This document shows, piece by piece, positions 51,202 to 63,400 of a stretch of DNA of 64,000 nt. The stretch comes from Squalus acanthias (Eukaryota): positions 65,970,001 through 66,034,000 of the forward strand of contig CM059432.1 of NCBI GenBank assembly GCA_030390025.1. The letters are read 5' to 3'. The first letter of the stretch is position 1. The number at the start of each line of letters is the position of its first letter. Under the pieces are notes generated by a model, which was not told the origin of the DNA, did not search any database, and worked only from the letters and a program-made list of their open reading frames with translations. The position numbers and the translations under genes were made by a program.

Positions 51202-51439
51202 CTCTTTCTCCTCTTCCTTGTGTATCTGTGCTTTAGTGTAGTTGACAGGTGCATCCCATCCTTCTTGTTCACACAGCGCTTGGTAGTACTGAGGAGTTAT
51301 CAAGATACTGTTTAGGTATGAGGGAGAAGATTCCTGGTGTAGTTACTGCAGAACTGACAGTGGCGACTTTGTCCCGGTTTCTATTCTTGTTCATGCTTAA
51401 ATCAAGCGTTCCATTTTCATCCACTTCTATGTCTGTGTT
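51202..51439 (-). CDS. ST18: ST18-like exon with internal +1 frameshift: NTDIEVDENGTLDLSM...VTTP / ESSPSYLNSILITPQYYQALCEQEGWDAPVNYTK...EEEKE
   Basis: The conserved IEVDENGTLDLSM and QALCEQEGWD motifs lie in different frames. The exon is 238 nt (3n+1) between phase-0 neighbours. In-frame TGA at 51269-51271. Confidence 0.88.
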
Positions 51440-52157
51440 CTGTGTTAAAAGATGCCTACAACTGTCATTATTTGTCATATATATGTGATCTACTGTACTT
51501 ATTAAAGGGGTTGCATTACTTTGAAGATTATTTTGCAGAAGATCAATTGGCAGTGTGGTGTTGTAGCTTTTGCCTGTTGCTTCAGATGCAAATGTAATCC
51601 AGTAACTCCAGCTGATGACCAGCTCTGTCAAATCTCAAAGATTGGAGAAAATCTTTCATCCTTTAATAAAGCTCTAAAAATAATTATTTTTGCAGTAGGT
51701 TCTGGAAAGACCCAAGAAGTAATGTAGGCGATTGGAAAGAGTTATTTGATGTAAAATAAATATTTACCACAAATGTGATGCAGTAAAAATGGAGTTTACG
51801 GCTACAAGCCACACTGACAGTAATGTACACAACACAAATAATTGTTTCATAGCACACTCAGGAGAAAAAAATGGCTGTGTTTCAAAGATTGACTCTGTAT
51901 GGGCAATGTGGAAATAGTCTGCGGCTGAAAGTTAATGGGTAATTTTTGCAAGAGAAAACTTCATCAGGTCAGATTGAGGGCATTTGGCAGTCATGGAGTC
52001 TGCTTAATTTTTACAATTATGATGTTAGTAGTTTTGTAAATACATTTTCACGTGTTGAGAAAAAAAGAGCCATAACAGTTGCTTTTAGTTTTCCGAACAT
52101 GATTTGAAAAGGCACTTATTCCAATGGTTTACACTTTGTTTTTCTCTGGATGACATC

Positions 52158-52560
52158 TAACAACAACAACAACTTGTATTTATATAGCGCCTTTAACTTA
52201 GTAAAATGTCCCAAGGTGCTTCGCAGAATGTTATCAAATAAATTATGACACTGAGCCACATAAGGTGGTATTAGGGTAGATGGCCAAAAGCTTGGTCAAA
52301 GAGGTAGGTTTTAAGGAGCGTCTTAAAGGAGGAGAGTTAGAGAGGCGGAGAGGTTTACGGAGGGAATTCCAGAGCTTAGGGCCTCAGCTGCTGAAGGCAC
52401 AGCCGCCAATGGTGGCGTGATTAAAATCGGGGATGTGCAAGAGGCCAGAATTGGAGGAGCGCATGATATTTCGGAGGGCTGGAGGAGGTTACAGAGATAG
52501 CAAGGGACAAGGCCATGAAGGGATTTGAAAACAAGGATGAGAATTTTAAAATCGAGGGTT
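52158..52560 (-). mobile_element. L2 LINE 3' fragment
   Basis: (AAC)n tail and reverse complement of ~7490-7905. Confidence 0.85.
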
Positions 52561-55405
52561 GCTTTACCTGGAAGTTACTGTGTGGGCTGTTATTGCATGA
52601 AATATTTAACAGACTCGTATCAAATTTTTCTCTGCGCTGTTTCAACCGAAGCATTACTCATTTAAAGAAACATAATTTGTAGACTCTAGTGAATTTTTCA
52701 AAAACATAATTTTGGAAATTACAATGGGCTTGTTGATCCTGCAGCGTGTTGAATACCTAGATGACACCACCCCTTTAATAATACTGGGGTCTTTGGCAGC
52801 ATTTTCCCACTTCTTCATAATTATTCTTTTCCAAAATTCAGTGTGGTGGTACCTTTGATTGGAACAGGGAGGGCTCTCCCTGTAGAGGATGTTGCCCTTA
52901 GGTTATGCTCCAGTAGATGGCACAACTCCTGCTCAATCATAGATGGTGAAGGCAGATCTCTTCCAACATGCCCAAGTAGTTGTGCCTAGATCTTGTCATG
53001 GAAGTCCTGCATCACCTACAGCTGGGCACCAGATATCTGAAGTTCAATCCCACCTGCCTTTCCTCCCTTTGCAGGAATTCCTTTTCCTCCTTCACTGTCA
53101 GAACAGCCATTGATGGGTCTAATGAAATGCCCATGCAATGTCCTTACAGCTGCGGATGGCAACTGCGGCAGCAAGAATGGTGCTGCTGAAGATGCACACA
53201 AAAGGAATGCTGAATTGCAGAGAAACAGCAGCAAGCAGCAGGAAAAAAGCGCACCAGCTATAACGTACAATGTTCTCTGTGGCAAATCAAAAACAGCTAT
53301 CAAAATGCAAGTCTCACAAATATGGCAACCTAGGTTTAAGTGGTGGAGTTCTGGTTCAAATTGCTTAGAGATCGCCCAGCACCTATTTTATACATACACT
53401 AAGCGAATAATGCGTTGCCCTGCAGAGTAGCATCGGACATTCATCATGAAACTGATTTTCCCATTCATAAATACTTTTGTAGCATGTGATGGGACATGCA
53501 CACGCATGTAGCGTGGTCTCAAAAACTCTTCTCCCATGATTTCGGGAGATCAGTGCCAATTACGCTGAGGCATACATTCCCAAATCCGCAGGTCTCGCCC
53601 ACTCCGGGTGGGGGACTGCTCTCCTAGCGCGACATCAGGGAATCACCCCTTTGATACATTCTATACCGTGCTCTCACTGTGCACTGTAACAAGAAGTTTC
53701 TTACTTTTTACATCTGATTAATGAGTCATTTAAATAAAAACTATCTAAAATATCCCACCATCTTTACTGAGAATATTACAAAGCACAACTTTTTTTTCCA
53801 GGGCTGAGTTAAAGCAGTAGTTTGAATGTGCAGCAACAACGTATTTGATTATAAATGATAAATAACCTCCAGCAAGAGTTGATCATCAGTCACAGCCATT
53901 GGGTTACATCTGCATCTGAAGTGACAGGTAAGGCCTGTAACACAATGTTACCAATTCATATTCTGTTCAGATGAAAAATGGGTTGCATCAATTTTTGTTG
54001 GCACAAAAAGAATCAGACTTCTTAGCTCATGTCCTTATAACTTTTGTCGTGGAATGGCTTAAATTGGTGCGATAATTTTTAAGGACATCCATTTACCTCT
54101 CCCAGCCCAACACTCCAATCAATGCTGTATAAGACACTTGGGTGGTGAGATTGGTCTTCGCCAGTAGAGGAAAATGTGCGACAGTGAATCAGCAGCCCGT
54201 TTTACACCACTCCTGATTTCCGTTGCCCTTACTGCCTTTGGAAAAGAATATTGGGCGGGGTGTAAAACAGGCTGTTGATTCGCTAGCACACATTTTGTGC
54301 TATCTTCAAAGACCAATTTCACCCGCTGCACTTTTCCACTCCCCAGGTCTCTGAACAGCTCAATGTTGAGCATTTAGTAAATTAGCAAGATTGAAAAATT
54401 GAATGAGTGCTACATAAGACTTATGTTTTGTGCAGCTCTGATTATCTTCTCAATTGCTGTCCTCACTAAATGCAGTAAAGGAACATTTCCTTTATAGAAC
54501 AATTCTTAGTAACTTTTTTATGGGATGGGGAGAAGAATTGGAAAAGCTATGCACCATTTTTGACATAATATGCATTTTGATATGATTTGAACATATGTCA
54601 GAAAGCACAGAATGAGTAAAACACATCAAACCTTGCCCTTCCACAGATCATATATAATAACCCAATTTTATGGATTCTACCTAGGAAGAAGTTGCACGTA
54701 ATTTTTTCTTCATCCTTCAAGATAATGAAATAAAACTCAAGAGCCTGGATATAAGTGTTGGTGTTATTAGCAAATAAACACTTAAAACATTCATATGGCA
54801 TACCTCTGTTTGGTATTTTAACGGAGGTGTTAATTCATTTTAAATAAAAATAGCGGACAAAGATATGTCATATATTTGTGTTAAGCATTCTTCCTACAAT
54901 ACTACCAACAGCAATTTCCAGTTCCAGATATTTCATCCATCCCCACCTTTCCACTATTCTGCTGCCCTTCCCTTCCCCCAGCCCCAACAGAACATGAACC
55001 ACCATGTCTCATGTTTATCAACCTTATCACACATGGTCTAGATATCCTGCACATTCATAGTCAATGAACCAAACACTTAACCCAGAGGTTTATAAAGAAA
55101 TAAAAAATACAAATGCATTTTCATTAAGACGGTGCCACTTTAACATTCCAGTCTGTTTTCTTATCTTAGTGCTTGGACTTGCTTTGTTTGCTGATTATTT
55201 CACTGGGTAAAAAGCCAATCATTTGCAATCCAACAGCTCAAATGAAGTTGAATAATATCAGTTCCATTTGTATGAATGAAGCATAGGATACTCTGAAGGT
55301 GGTTGTGGTATCTAGATGTTCATTTCCTACCTCAGAAACCTTTTAGTTTTACACTTTTCAGTGATAATTTGAGTGCAACCCACTGTTTTGTACATACTAT
55401 CTCAC

Positions 55406-55608
55406 CTTAGTTGACAAATCTTGCGGCTTTGTGGAGAGGTTCTGTGGCATCTCTCTACAGCGTGTGGATAGGTTGAGGATAGCTGCAGCTGCTATGTGAG
55501 TGGCTTCAGTATCATGACTGTAACTGTAGACACTGGAATGGCATGGGCTTTGTACAGAGGCACTAGACAGTCGGCTGCAGGAAGTCACTGGACTTGAAAA
55601 GTGTTTGG
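55406..55608 (-). CDS. ST18: ST18-like exon: SKHFSSPV...[32 protein letters not shown] (MYT1 domain)
   Basis: AG/GT ends, 203 nt, phase 1 to 0. [12 protein letters not shown] motif. Confidence 0.9.
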
Positions 55609-56478
55609 CTGGCAACAGATGCAGGTGAAATGTACATTAAAATTTGTGCAATAACTTTACTGCATTTATAGTTCAACCTATTTCCTAACCTTTAAATTAT
55701 TTTTCTAGTTTAACTGACATAACAGGTACAAAGATATCTACATAAACCAAATAGCTATTAAACAGAAATTTAAGAGTAGCACACTATTTTGGTTGTGCTG
55801 TAATGCAAACATAAAATCTACCAGTAACTGAAAAAGTGCTGCAGTGGAGTACTAATATTTGACACCAGTGTAGTGAAGATATGGGACTGTCCCTAAAGTC
55901 TCTATGATATCCCAATTTATATAATATTAAAGTACAACATACTATGAAAAGAAAAGTAACATTAAATTGATCAGTTAACCCTTCAAGTGCCGTGGGTGAG
56001 TTCTCAGATTGTTAGTAGCTGTCATTTCTGCAAATGAGATAACTTGCCCTGCCATAGTGTTCATTGGGTGATATTTTAAAATGCATCAATTGACCTTGTC
56101 ATATATATGGGTTTGATACAGTTGTATGTGCTTCATATATCGGGTACGGTAGTATAGTGTTTATGTTACTGGACTAGTTCAAATCCCACCGTGGCAGTTT
56201 GAGAATTTGAATTCAGTTTAATAAAAATCCCACATCCGAGAATGAATTAAAAAGCTACAGTCTACAATTTGATACTGTTTTTTAGCCAATCAGAAACAAA
56301 TGTGAATCCCATCTCTAAAATGGACAGTGGGACCTAGAGGCTGACAAAAAAACAGATGAATAAAAGTATTTTAAATTTCAAAAATATATAATAGTCTACA
56401 TTAAAGCAAAAGTAAAACTAGGATAGTAAAAATAGAAGAGATTGGGGAGAAAAGAAAGGAAGGGTAAACAGAAATAAA

Positions 56479-57654
56479 GGGGGGAATTTTAATCTAAAAA
56501 ATCAGGTGGGTTAGGAGCGGGGGGGTGTATTTAAAGTGTTAAAAATCGGAATCCCAACCTCAACCCGCCTCCAACCCACCCACTTCCGATTTTGACGGGA
56601 TCTGGAACGGGGGCGGGCAGCCAACCCGCTGCCAGGAGGCGGGACATCAATTTAAATATTATAATGAGGCTGGCAGCCTCTTCTTTAACCTCCATTTTGT
56701 GTTTAACTGTAGCTGGTCGAGTTTTGCACACCTCGTAAAACCCAGCAGCTACAGCAAGGCGAGGATTGCTGCATCCAGGAGGCAAGTGCCTTTATACCTA
56801 CCTCCTGGATCCAGGGTCCCTGCCTAACCCACCCCCCGCAATTGGAGACCACCTCACAAGGCCTCCGATCGCCTTCTGCCCCCCCTGCCCCCCCCGCCAC
56901 CGATGATCCTGAGGCCTGCCCTGATGTCTTCTCCCCCCCCACCGATGATCCCGATCTTCTCTCCCTCCTCCTGATCCTCCAGCCCCGATCTTCTCTCCTC
57001 CACCATCCCCCCCCCACCCCCCGATTCTCCGGTGGCTGGCCACGATCCCTCACCCCCACTCAAAGATTCTCCGGCCCAGATCTTTCCTCCCCGCCCCCCA
57101 CTATCCTCCGGCCACGATCCTCTCTCTCTCCCCCACCCCCGATCCTCCAGCCCCGACCCTCTCTCTCCCCCCCCCCCCCCACTATCCTCCAGCCCCGAAC
57201 CTCTCTCTCCCCCCCTCCACTATCCTCCAGCCCCGATCCTCTCTCTCCCCCCCCCCCCACTATCCTCCAGCCCCGAACCTCTCTCCCCCCCCCCCCCCAC
57301 TATCCTCCGGCCCCGATCCTCTCTCTCCCCCCCACCCCCGATTCTCCGGTGGCCGACCACGATCCTCTCTCTCCCCCCCACCCCCGATCCTCCGGAGGCC
57401 AACCCCGGGCCCCAGCTGATCCCTCCCTCCCTCCTCCGTGCAACTTAGTGCTGCAGGCCTACCCGCCCGGAGCCAGAAAGCCTCTAAATCTGGCTGGCTG
57501 CAGGTGGGAAACAGAGGCCTCGCATGCAAATCAGGCCCTGCCGTTAAAGTCGGCAGGGCCTGCAGGAAATCCGTTCTCCAGGGTTTCCCACCTGCCTCGG
57601 AGCGCCCCCCACCACCACCCGCCCCAACCCACCTTCCCCATTAAAATCCAGCCC
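56479..57654. mobile_element. Harbinger-type element with an internal C-rich minisatellite (~56860-57410)
   Basis: Ends ggggggaattttaat and attaaaatccagccc, AAA TSD, ~40-bp units ctatcctccagccccgatcctctctc(C)n. Confidence 0.75.
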
Positions 57655-58419
57655 AAACTGTTTACATTTTAAATGTTAATTTAAAAGTAATGCACATTTA
57701 TCTTATACAGGGTTATTATGACAGTAATGAAGCTACTCATAGCATATCAGTAGCTTTATTACTGTAATAGGTTTGTTTCAGCACCACTGTGTTGAGCAAG
57801 CTGAAAAGTTAAAAAGTAGCTAACCGAGGCAATTTGTAACTTCCTTGGACTTGCCAGCAGCCTAAATGTTAACATGGCTGCACAGAATGATAGCTCAGTG
57901 CAAAACTACAGTTTTACTGTTAACTTATACTTGGAAAGAAGTTAAAGGTCCAAGTATTCCCTGGGTTACACTCCAGTTTAACCTCCAGCACTGACCCCAT
58001 CGGCTTTTGCAGGAAAAGTGAGAGAGCATCTCATTAGCATGGGGCAGGTGGGCAATCCCATATTCAACAAGGCAATAGTTCTATTGGCCCCTGAGCAATG
58101 GGGCTGATCTACAGAATTGTAAGACTCTTCGGATGACCAGGATGATTGCCTGGCCTGGACCCCACTGGTGGAAGGATTCGGGAGTTCCTGCTCCTGGTTC
58201 CATACCCTGGAAGACCTGCCCTTATGAGGCACTAAAGAATCTCCCAGAAACAGTATTAAGAGGCCTCTGTGCTTTTACTGGGAGTTCTGCCCAGTTCCGG
58301 CTGGAGTTACAGTGGGAGAGCAGGGAAATAATTTCAGCTCTACTATACATCAGTGATTTCTGCTTCCTAATGTTTCAGTAATATCTTCTACTATAATCAT
58401 TTTGTTCTTCAATACTTAC

Positions 58420-58628
58420 ATTCACAAAATTGAACAGCTTCCCATTCTTGAACTTTTGATGTTACTGTGTGCTTTCCAAATACTTGTGCATCAAAGCTAG
58501 CATAATCAAAGGGAGCCTTAGTATATTTGTCCAGTTCTTTTGATATGTTGGTATGGGATGCGCTGATTGGCTGTGTGGGTCCATAGCTGAACTGAGCAAT
58601 CTCCATTTGTTTCACCAGACACATTGGC
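58420..58628 (-). CDS. ST18: ST18-like exon (first in window; upstream exons lie beyond 64000): RPMCLVKQ...FDYASFDAQVFGK...FCE
   Basis: Acceptor tttctgtag and donor gtaagt. FDYASFDAQVFGK is a MYT1/ST18 family motif. Ends in phase 1. Confidence 0.88.
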
Positions 58629-59396
58629 CTACAGAAAAGACAGAAAAGCTATGAACTACTTTGTCTGTTTATTCTCTGTTTATTCTTTGTTTATTTACTC
58701 TCCCAAGTTCCCCTGCTATGCAAATTGTACATTCTTCAGAAGGGCATTCCAGCCCTTCTCAGCTGCTGTCAGTGTCACTCCTTGATTGCCCCACCAGGTG
58801 GCACACTGAAGCAATGAGAATGATGTTCCATGTATCCCTGTTTTCCCCCTGCCCCTGCTTCCACAGATGGACTGAGAATAGCCATTGTCTAGAATACGTC
58901 TAATGTGAATATCGGTCGAGACTGGAATTCTTAATCTCATCTCACAGTATGAAATTCTGGGCAGGACAGAGCAGCTGCCAGTCCACCTTGACCCTGACCC
59001 AATTTTAGTGGGGCAGGTGCCCTTGCCAGTAGCAGCAACATAGGGGCACTAACTAGGTTGGCTAGTCAGAATAGCAGAGAGGTACATTACCACTCTGAAG
59101 GTGAGTGCAAAAGGCTTGTTGGACAAAAGACTGGAGGCAGTTCCATAGTTATGTAACAATGCTTCAATGCTGGCAAGCTCTGAATTGAACGGTAATTAAT
59201 CCTTCATTTTAGGACTAACATGAAGTCCAAAATAGCACCTAGGTCAGAATTGGCTGCTGATGATCTCTACATCAACTGCATTAAAATTCCATCCCAAGAA
59301 GGAATGGAATTTCTGGGATCAGTACTCTAGTATTACAGTTAGGTCATTTTTTAAACAATTTTTTGCTCCTCTCATTTTTCTGCTGATTTTTTGCCA

Positions 59397-60403
59397 TAAG
59401 AACATAAAAACATAAGAATTAAGAGCAGGAGTAGGCCATACAGCCCCTCGAGCCTGCTCCGCCATTCAATAAGATCATGGCTGATCTTCGACCTCAACTC
59501 CACTTTCCTGCCCGATCCCCATATCCCTTGATTCCTCCAGAGTCCAAAAATCTATCTATCTCAGCTTTGAATATACTCAAAGACTCAGCATCCACAGCCC
59601 TTAAGGTCGAGAATTCCAAAGATTCACAACCCTCTGAGTGAAGAAATTCCTCCTCATCTCAGTCTTAAAAGGTCAACCCCTTATTCTGAGACTATGCCCC
59701 CTAGTTCTAGACACTCCAGCCAGGGGAAACAACCTCTCAGCAACTACCCTGTCAATCCCCTCAGAATCTTGTATGTTTCAATGAGATCACCTCTCATTCT
59801 TCTAAAATCCAGAGAGTATAGAGCCAATCTACTCAAACTCTCCTCATAGGACAACCCTCTCACCCCAGGAATCAATCTAGTGAACCTTTGTTGCACCGCC
59901 TCTAAGGCAAGTATATCTTTCCTCAGATAAGGAGACCAAAACTGCACGCAGTACTCCAGGTGTGGTCTCACCAAAGCCCAGTACAATTGTAGCAAGACTC
60001 CCTTACTCTTGCACTCCAACCCCCTTGCAATAAAGGTTAACATGCCATTTACCTTCCTGATTGCTTGCTGTACCTGCATGCTAACTCTCTGTGCTTCCTG
60101 TACGAGGACACCTATATCTCTCTGAACAGCAACATTTAATAGTTTCTCACTATTTAAAAAATATTCTGTTTTTTCTATTCTACCTGCCAAAGTGAATAAC
60201 CTCATATTTCCCCACATTATACTCCATCTGCCACCTTATTGCCCACTTACTTAACCTTTGCAGGCTCTTTGTCTCCACCTCACAGCTTACTTTCCCACCT
60301 AGCTTTGTATCGACAGCAAACTTCAATACATTGCACTTGGACCTTTCATCCAAATCAATAATATAGATTGTAAATAGCTGAGGCCCCAACACTGATCCTT
60401 GCA
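59397..60403 (-). mobile_element. CR1 LINE 3' fragment
   Basis: QGSVLGPQLF and RPHLEYCVQFWSP motifs, with antisense tail repeats cataagaa. Confidence 0.9.
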
Positions 60404-63400
60404 GCATCTGAGTCGGCAGCAGAGGAGGCGGTAGCAGAGGATGAAGAGCGCGAGACCCGAGGACAGCGGACCTGGAAGGAATCGGCATCTGAGGAGGCAG
60501 CAGCAGAGGATGAAGAACGCGGGACCCGAGGACAGCGGACCTGGAAGGAATCGGCATCTGAGGAGGAGACACAAATCCGCCGAATTCCAAAAGAACAGCA
60601 AAAGCAAGGAGTGATGTCACAGGACTGCAGGTAGGTGATTGGTGGGTGAGTATTAGCGTTTTATTCTCTCTAAGGTAACTCGATAAACTAACTAATATAA
60701 CTATAAATAATCATGTGAATAAAGACTTTAAGAGAGCGAGAGAAGCGGCCGGAGATAAAGGTAGGCCCGACTTTTAAGACTCTCAGGGCTAGAAATTCCG
60801 TAGCGCCCCGTTTGGGGCGATAACTTTTGAAATCTCGGAAAAGTATCGCCAGGCGATAATCATTTTCTGGTCCCGGGAAATTGAGCTTTAACGCTCCAAG
60901 AGGGAAGTGGAGCGCTAAATCAAGCGCTAACCACTTCTCTTAGGGCGCTAAAGTGTGAGAGCGGGGCGGTAGCGGCAGAGCGCTGAACAATGTGGAGTGC
61001 AAAGATACCGGCATTGGAGGCTGCTCCCCTCGCTTAAAGGGAAGGGCCAATGATGGTGCACAACATACTTCTGCTCAGTTCTGTGTTGCCAGGCGACCTG
61101 CGCGACTGCCATTACAGCCCCAAACGCTCTCAGAGAGTGGAGGGCTTGGACATCTCGCAGCAATAAAGCATCGAAAACTTTCAGCAGACACCAGACTGGT
61201 GCAAAGAATAAAGTTTGGTCTACCTGAAAACCATTGCTTTTAATTAGCGCTCCCCAAGAGGCCAGCTGTGGTGACAACGCCACCTCTTCCTGCTGGCGTC
61301 ACTGCAGTGCATCCGTGAGGCTGAGAGATACGTGGATAGCATGTTTCAGGAGGTGGTCACCCCACAGCGTAAGAGTGTGCAGGCAGAGACGGAATGGCTG
61401 ACCGTCAGACAGACAAGGAGGACCAGACAGACAGAGCAGGAGTCCCCTGAGTGCATCTCGCTCTCCAACCAGTATTCACTGGTGAGGACGATGGTTCCTC
61501 TGGAGAGTACAGCCAGAGCCAAGTCCACGGCACCACGGGTGGCTCAGCCGTATGGGGGGAGGAGGAGGAAGATTGGAAAGGCAATAGTGGTAGGGATTCG
61601 ATAGTTAGGGGAACCAACAGGCGTTTCTGCGGCCACAGACGTGATTCCAGGATGGTATGTTACCTCCCTGGTGCCAGGGTCAAAGATGTCACTGAGTGGC
61701 TGCAGAACATTCTGAGGGGGGAAGAGTGAACAGCCAGAGGTTGTGGTCCATATCGGTACCAACGACATAGGTAGAAAGAGGGATGAGGTCCTGCAGGCAG
61801 ATTTCAGGGAGCAAGGAAAGAGAGTAAAAAGCAGGACCTCAAAGGTAGTAATCTCTGGATTACTCCCAGTGCCACACGCGAGTGTTTATAGAAATAGGAG
61901 GATAGAGCAGCTGAATGCGTGGCTGGAGAGATGGTGCAGGAGGGAGGGCTTCAGATTCCTGGGGCATTGGGGCTGGTTCTGGGGGAGGTGGGACCTGTAC
62001 AGGCCAGACGGGTTGCACCTCAACAGAGCCGGTACCAATATCCTTGCGGGGAGGTTTGCTAGTGCTGTTGGGGAAGGTTTAAATTAAGTTGGCAGGGGAA
62101 TGGGCACCAGGATGCAGCATTAGAAAGGAGAAACGAAAGGCACAAAGGATTGTGAGAGACGGATAGCACTAAAATAATAAATAGTAAGGTATTAGGTGGG
62201 GTCAGACTAAGAGAGAACGCAGGATATTCTAAGATAGGTTTACAGTGTATATATGTGAACGCACGAAGCATAGTAAACAAGGTTGGAGAGTTGCAGACGC
62301 AAATAGCCACATGGGAATATGATGTTGTGGCAATAATGGAGACCTGGCTAAAAAAAGGGCAGGATTGGGTATTAAATATTCCTGGATATAAGGTGTTCAG
62401 GAAAGATAAGGAAGGAAAGATAGGAGGTGGTGTGGCATTACTGGTTACGGAGAATGTTACAGTGCTGGAGAAAGAGGATGTCCTGGAGGGGTCAAGGACA
62501 GAATCTATATGGCTAGAGTTAAGAAATAATAGAGGTGCCATTACACTACTAGGTGTATTCAATAGGCCACCAACTAGTGGTAAAAATATGGAGGAGCAAA
62601 TTTGCAGAGAAATTACAGAGAGATGCAAGAACTATAGAGTAGTGATAATGGGGGACTTCAACTATCCTAACATAGACTGGGATAGTAATAGTGTAAAGGG
62701 CAGAAAGGGGGAAGAATTTCTGTAGTATGTTCAGGAGAACTTTCTGGATCAGTATGTTTCTGGCCCAATGAGGAAAGAGGCATTGCTGGATCTGGTTCTG
62801 GGGAATGAGATAGGTCAAGTGGAGCAAGTGTCAATAGGTGAACATTTAGGGAACAGTGATCATAGTATCATAAGGTTTGGATTAGCTATGGAAAAGAACA
62901 GGGAGCAATCTAGAGTAAAAATATTTAATTGGAGGAAGGCAAATTTCAGTGGGATGAGAACAGATCTGGCCTGGGTAAATTGGAATCAAAGATTGGCAGG
63001 CAAAACTGTAATGCCTTTAAAAAGGAAATAGTTTGGGTACAATCCCACTAGGGGGAAAGGTAGGGCAACTAAAGTCAGAGCTCCCTGGATGACGAATGAG
63101 ATAGAGAGTAAGATGGAGCAGTAAAAGAGCACGTATGACAGATGTCAAGTCGAGAATAAATCTGAGAATCAGGCTAAATATAGAAAGTTCAGAGGAGAAG
63201 TGAAAAAAAAATAAGTGGGGCAAAGAGAGGGTATGAGAATAGAATGGCAGCTAACATAAAAGGTAATCCAAAAGTCTTCTATAGGCATATAAATAGTAAA
63301 CGGGTAGTAAGAGGAGGGGTGGGGCTGATAAGGGACCAAAAAGGAGACCTATGCATGGAGGCAGAAGGTATGGCTGAGGTGCTAAATGAGTACTTTGCAT

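Noticed and set aside
51334..51346. 13-nt GT...AG micro-intron (GTAACTACACCAG) that would restore the frame
   Set aside because: Far below the vertebrate spliceosomal minimum. A single-base indel explains the shift more simply.
56842..57672. 276-aa proline-rich ORF
   Set aside because: Translation of a C-rich minisatellite inside a TIR element.
10338..58628. MYT1L or MYT1 assignment
   Set aside because: [41 protein letters not shown] and LADIQLPQM fit ST18 better from memory. Phylogenetic confirmation is still needed.
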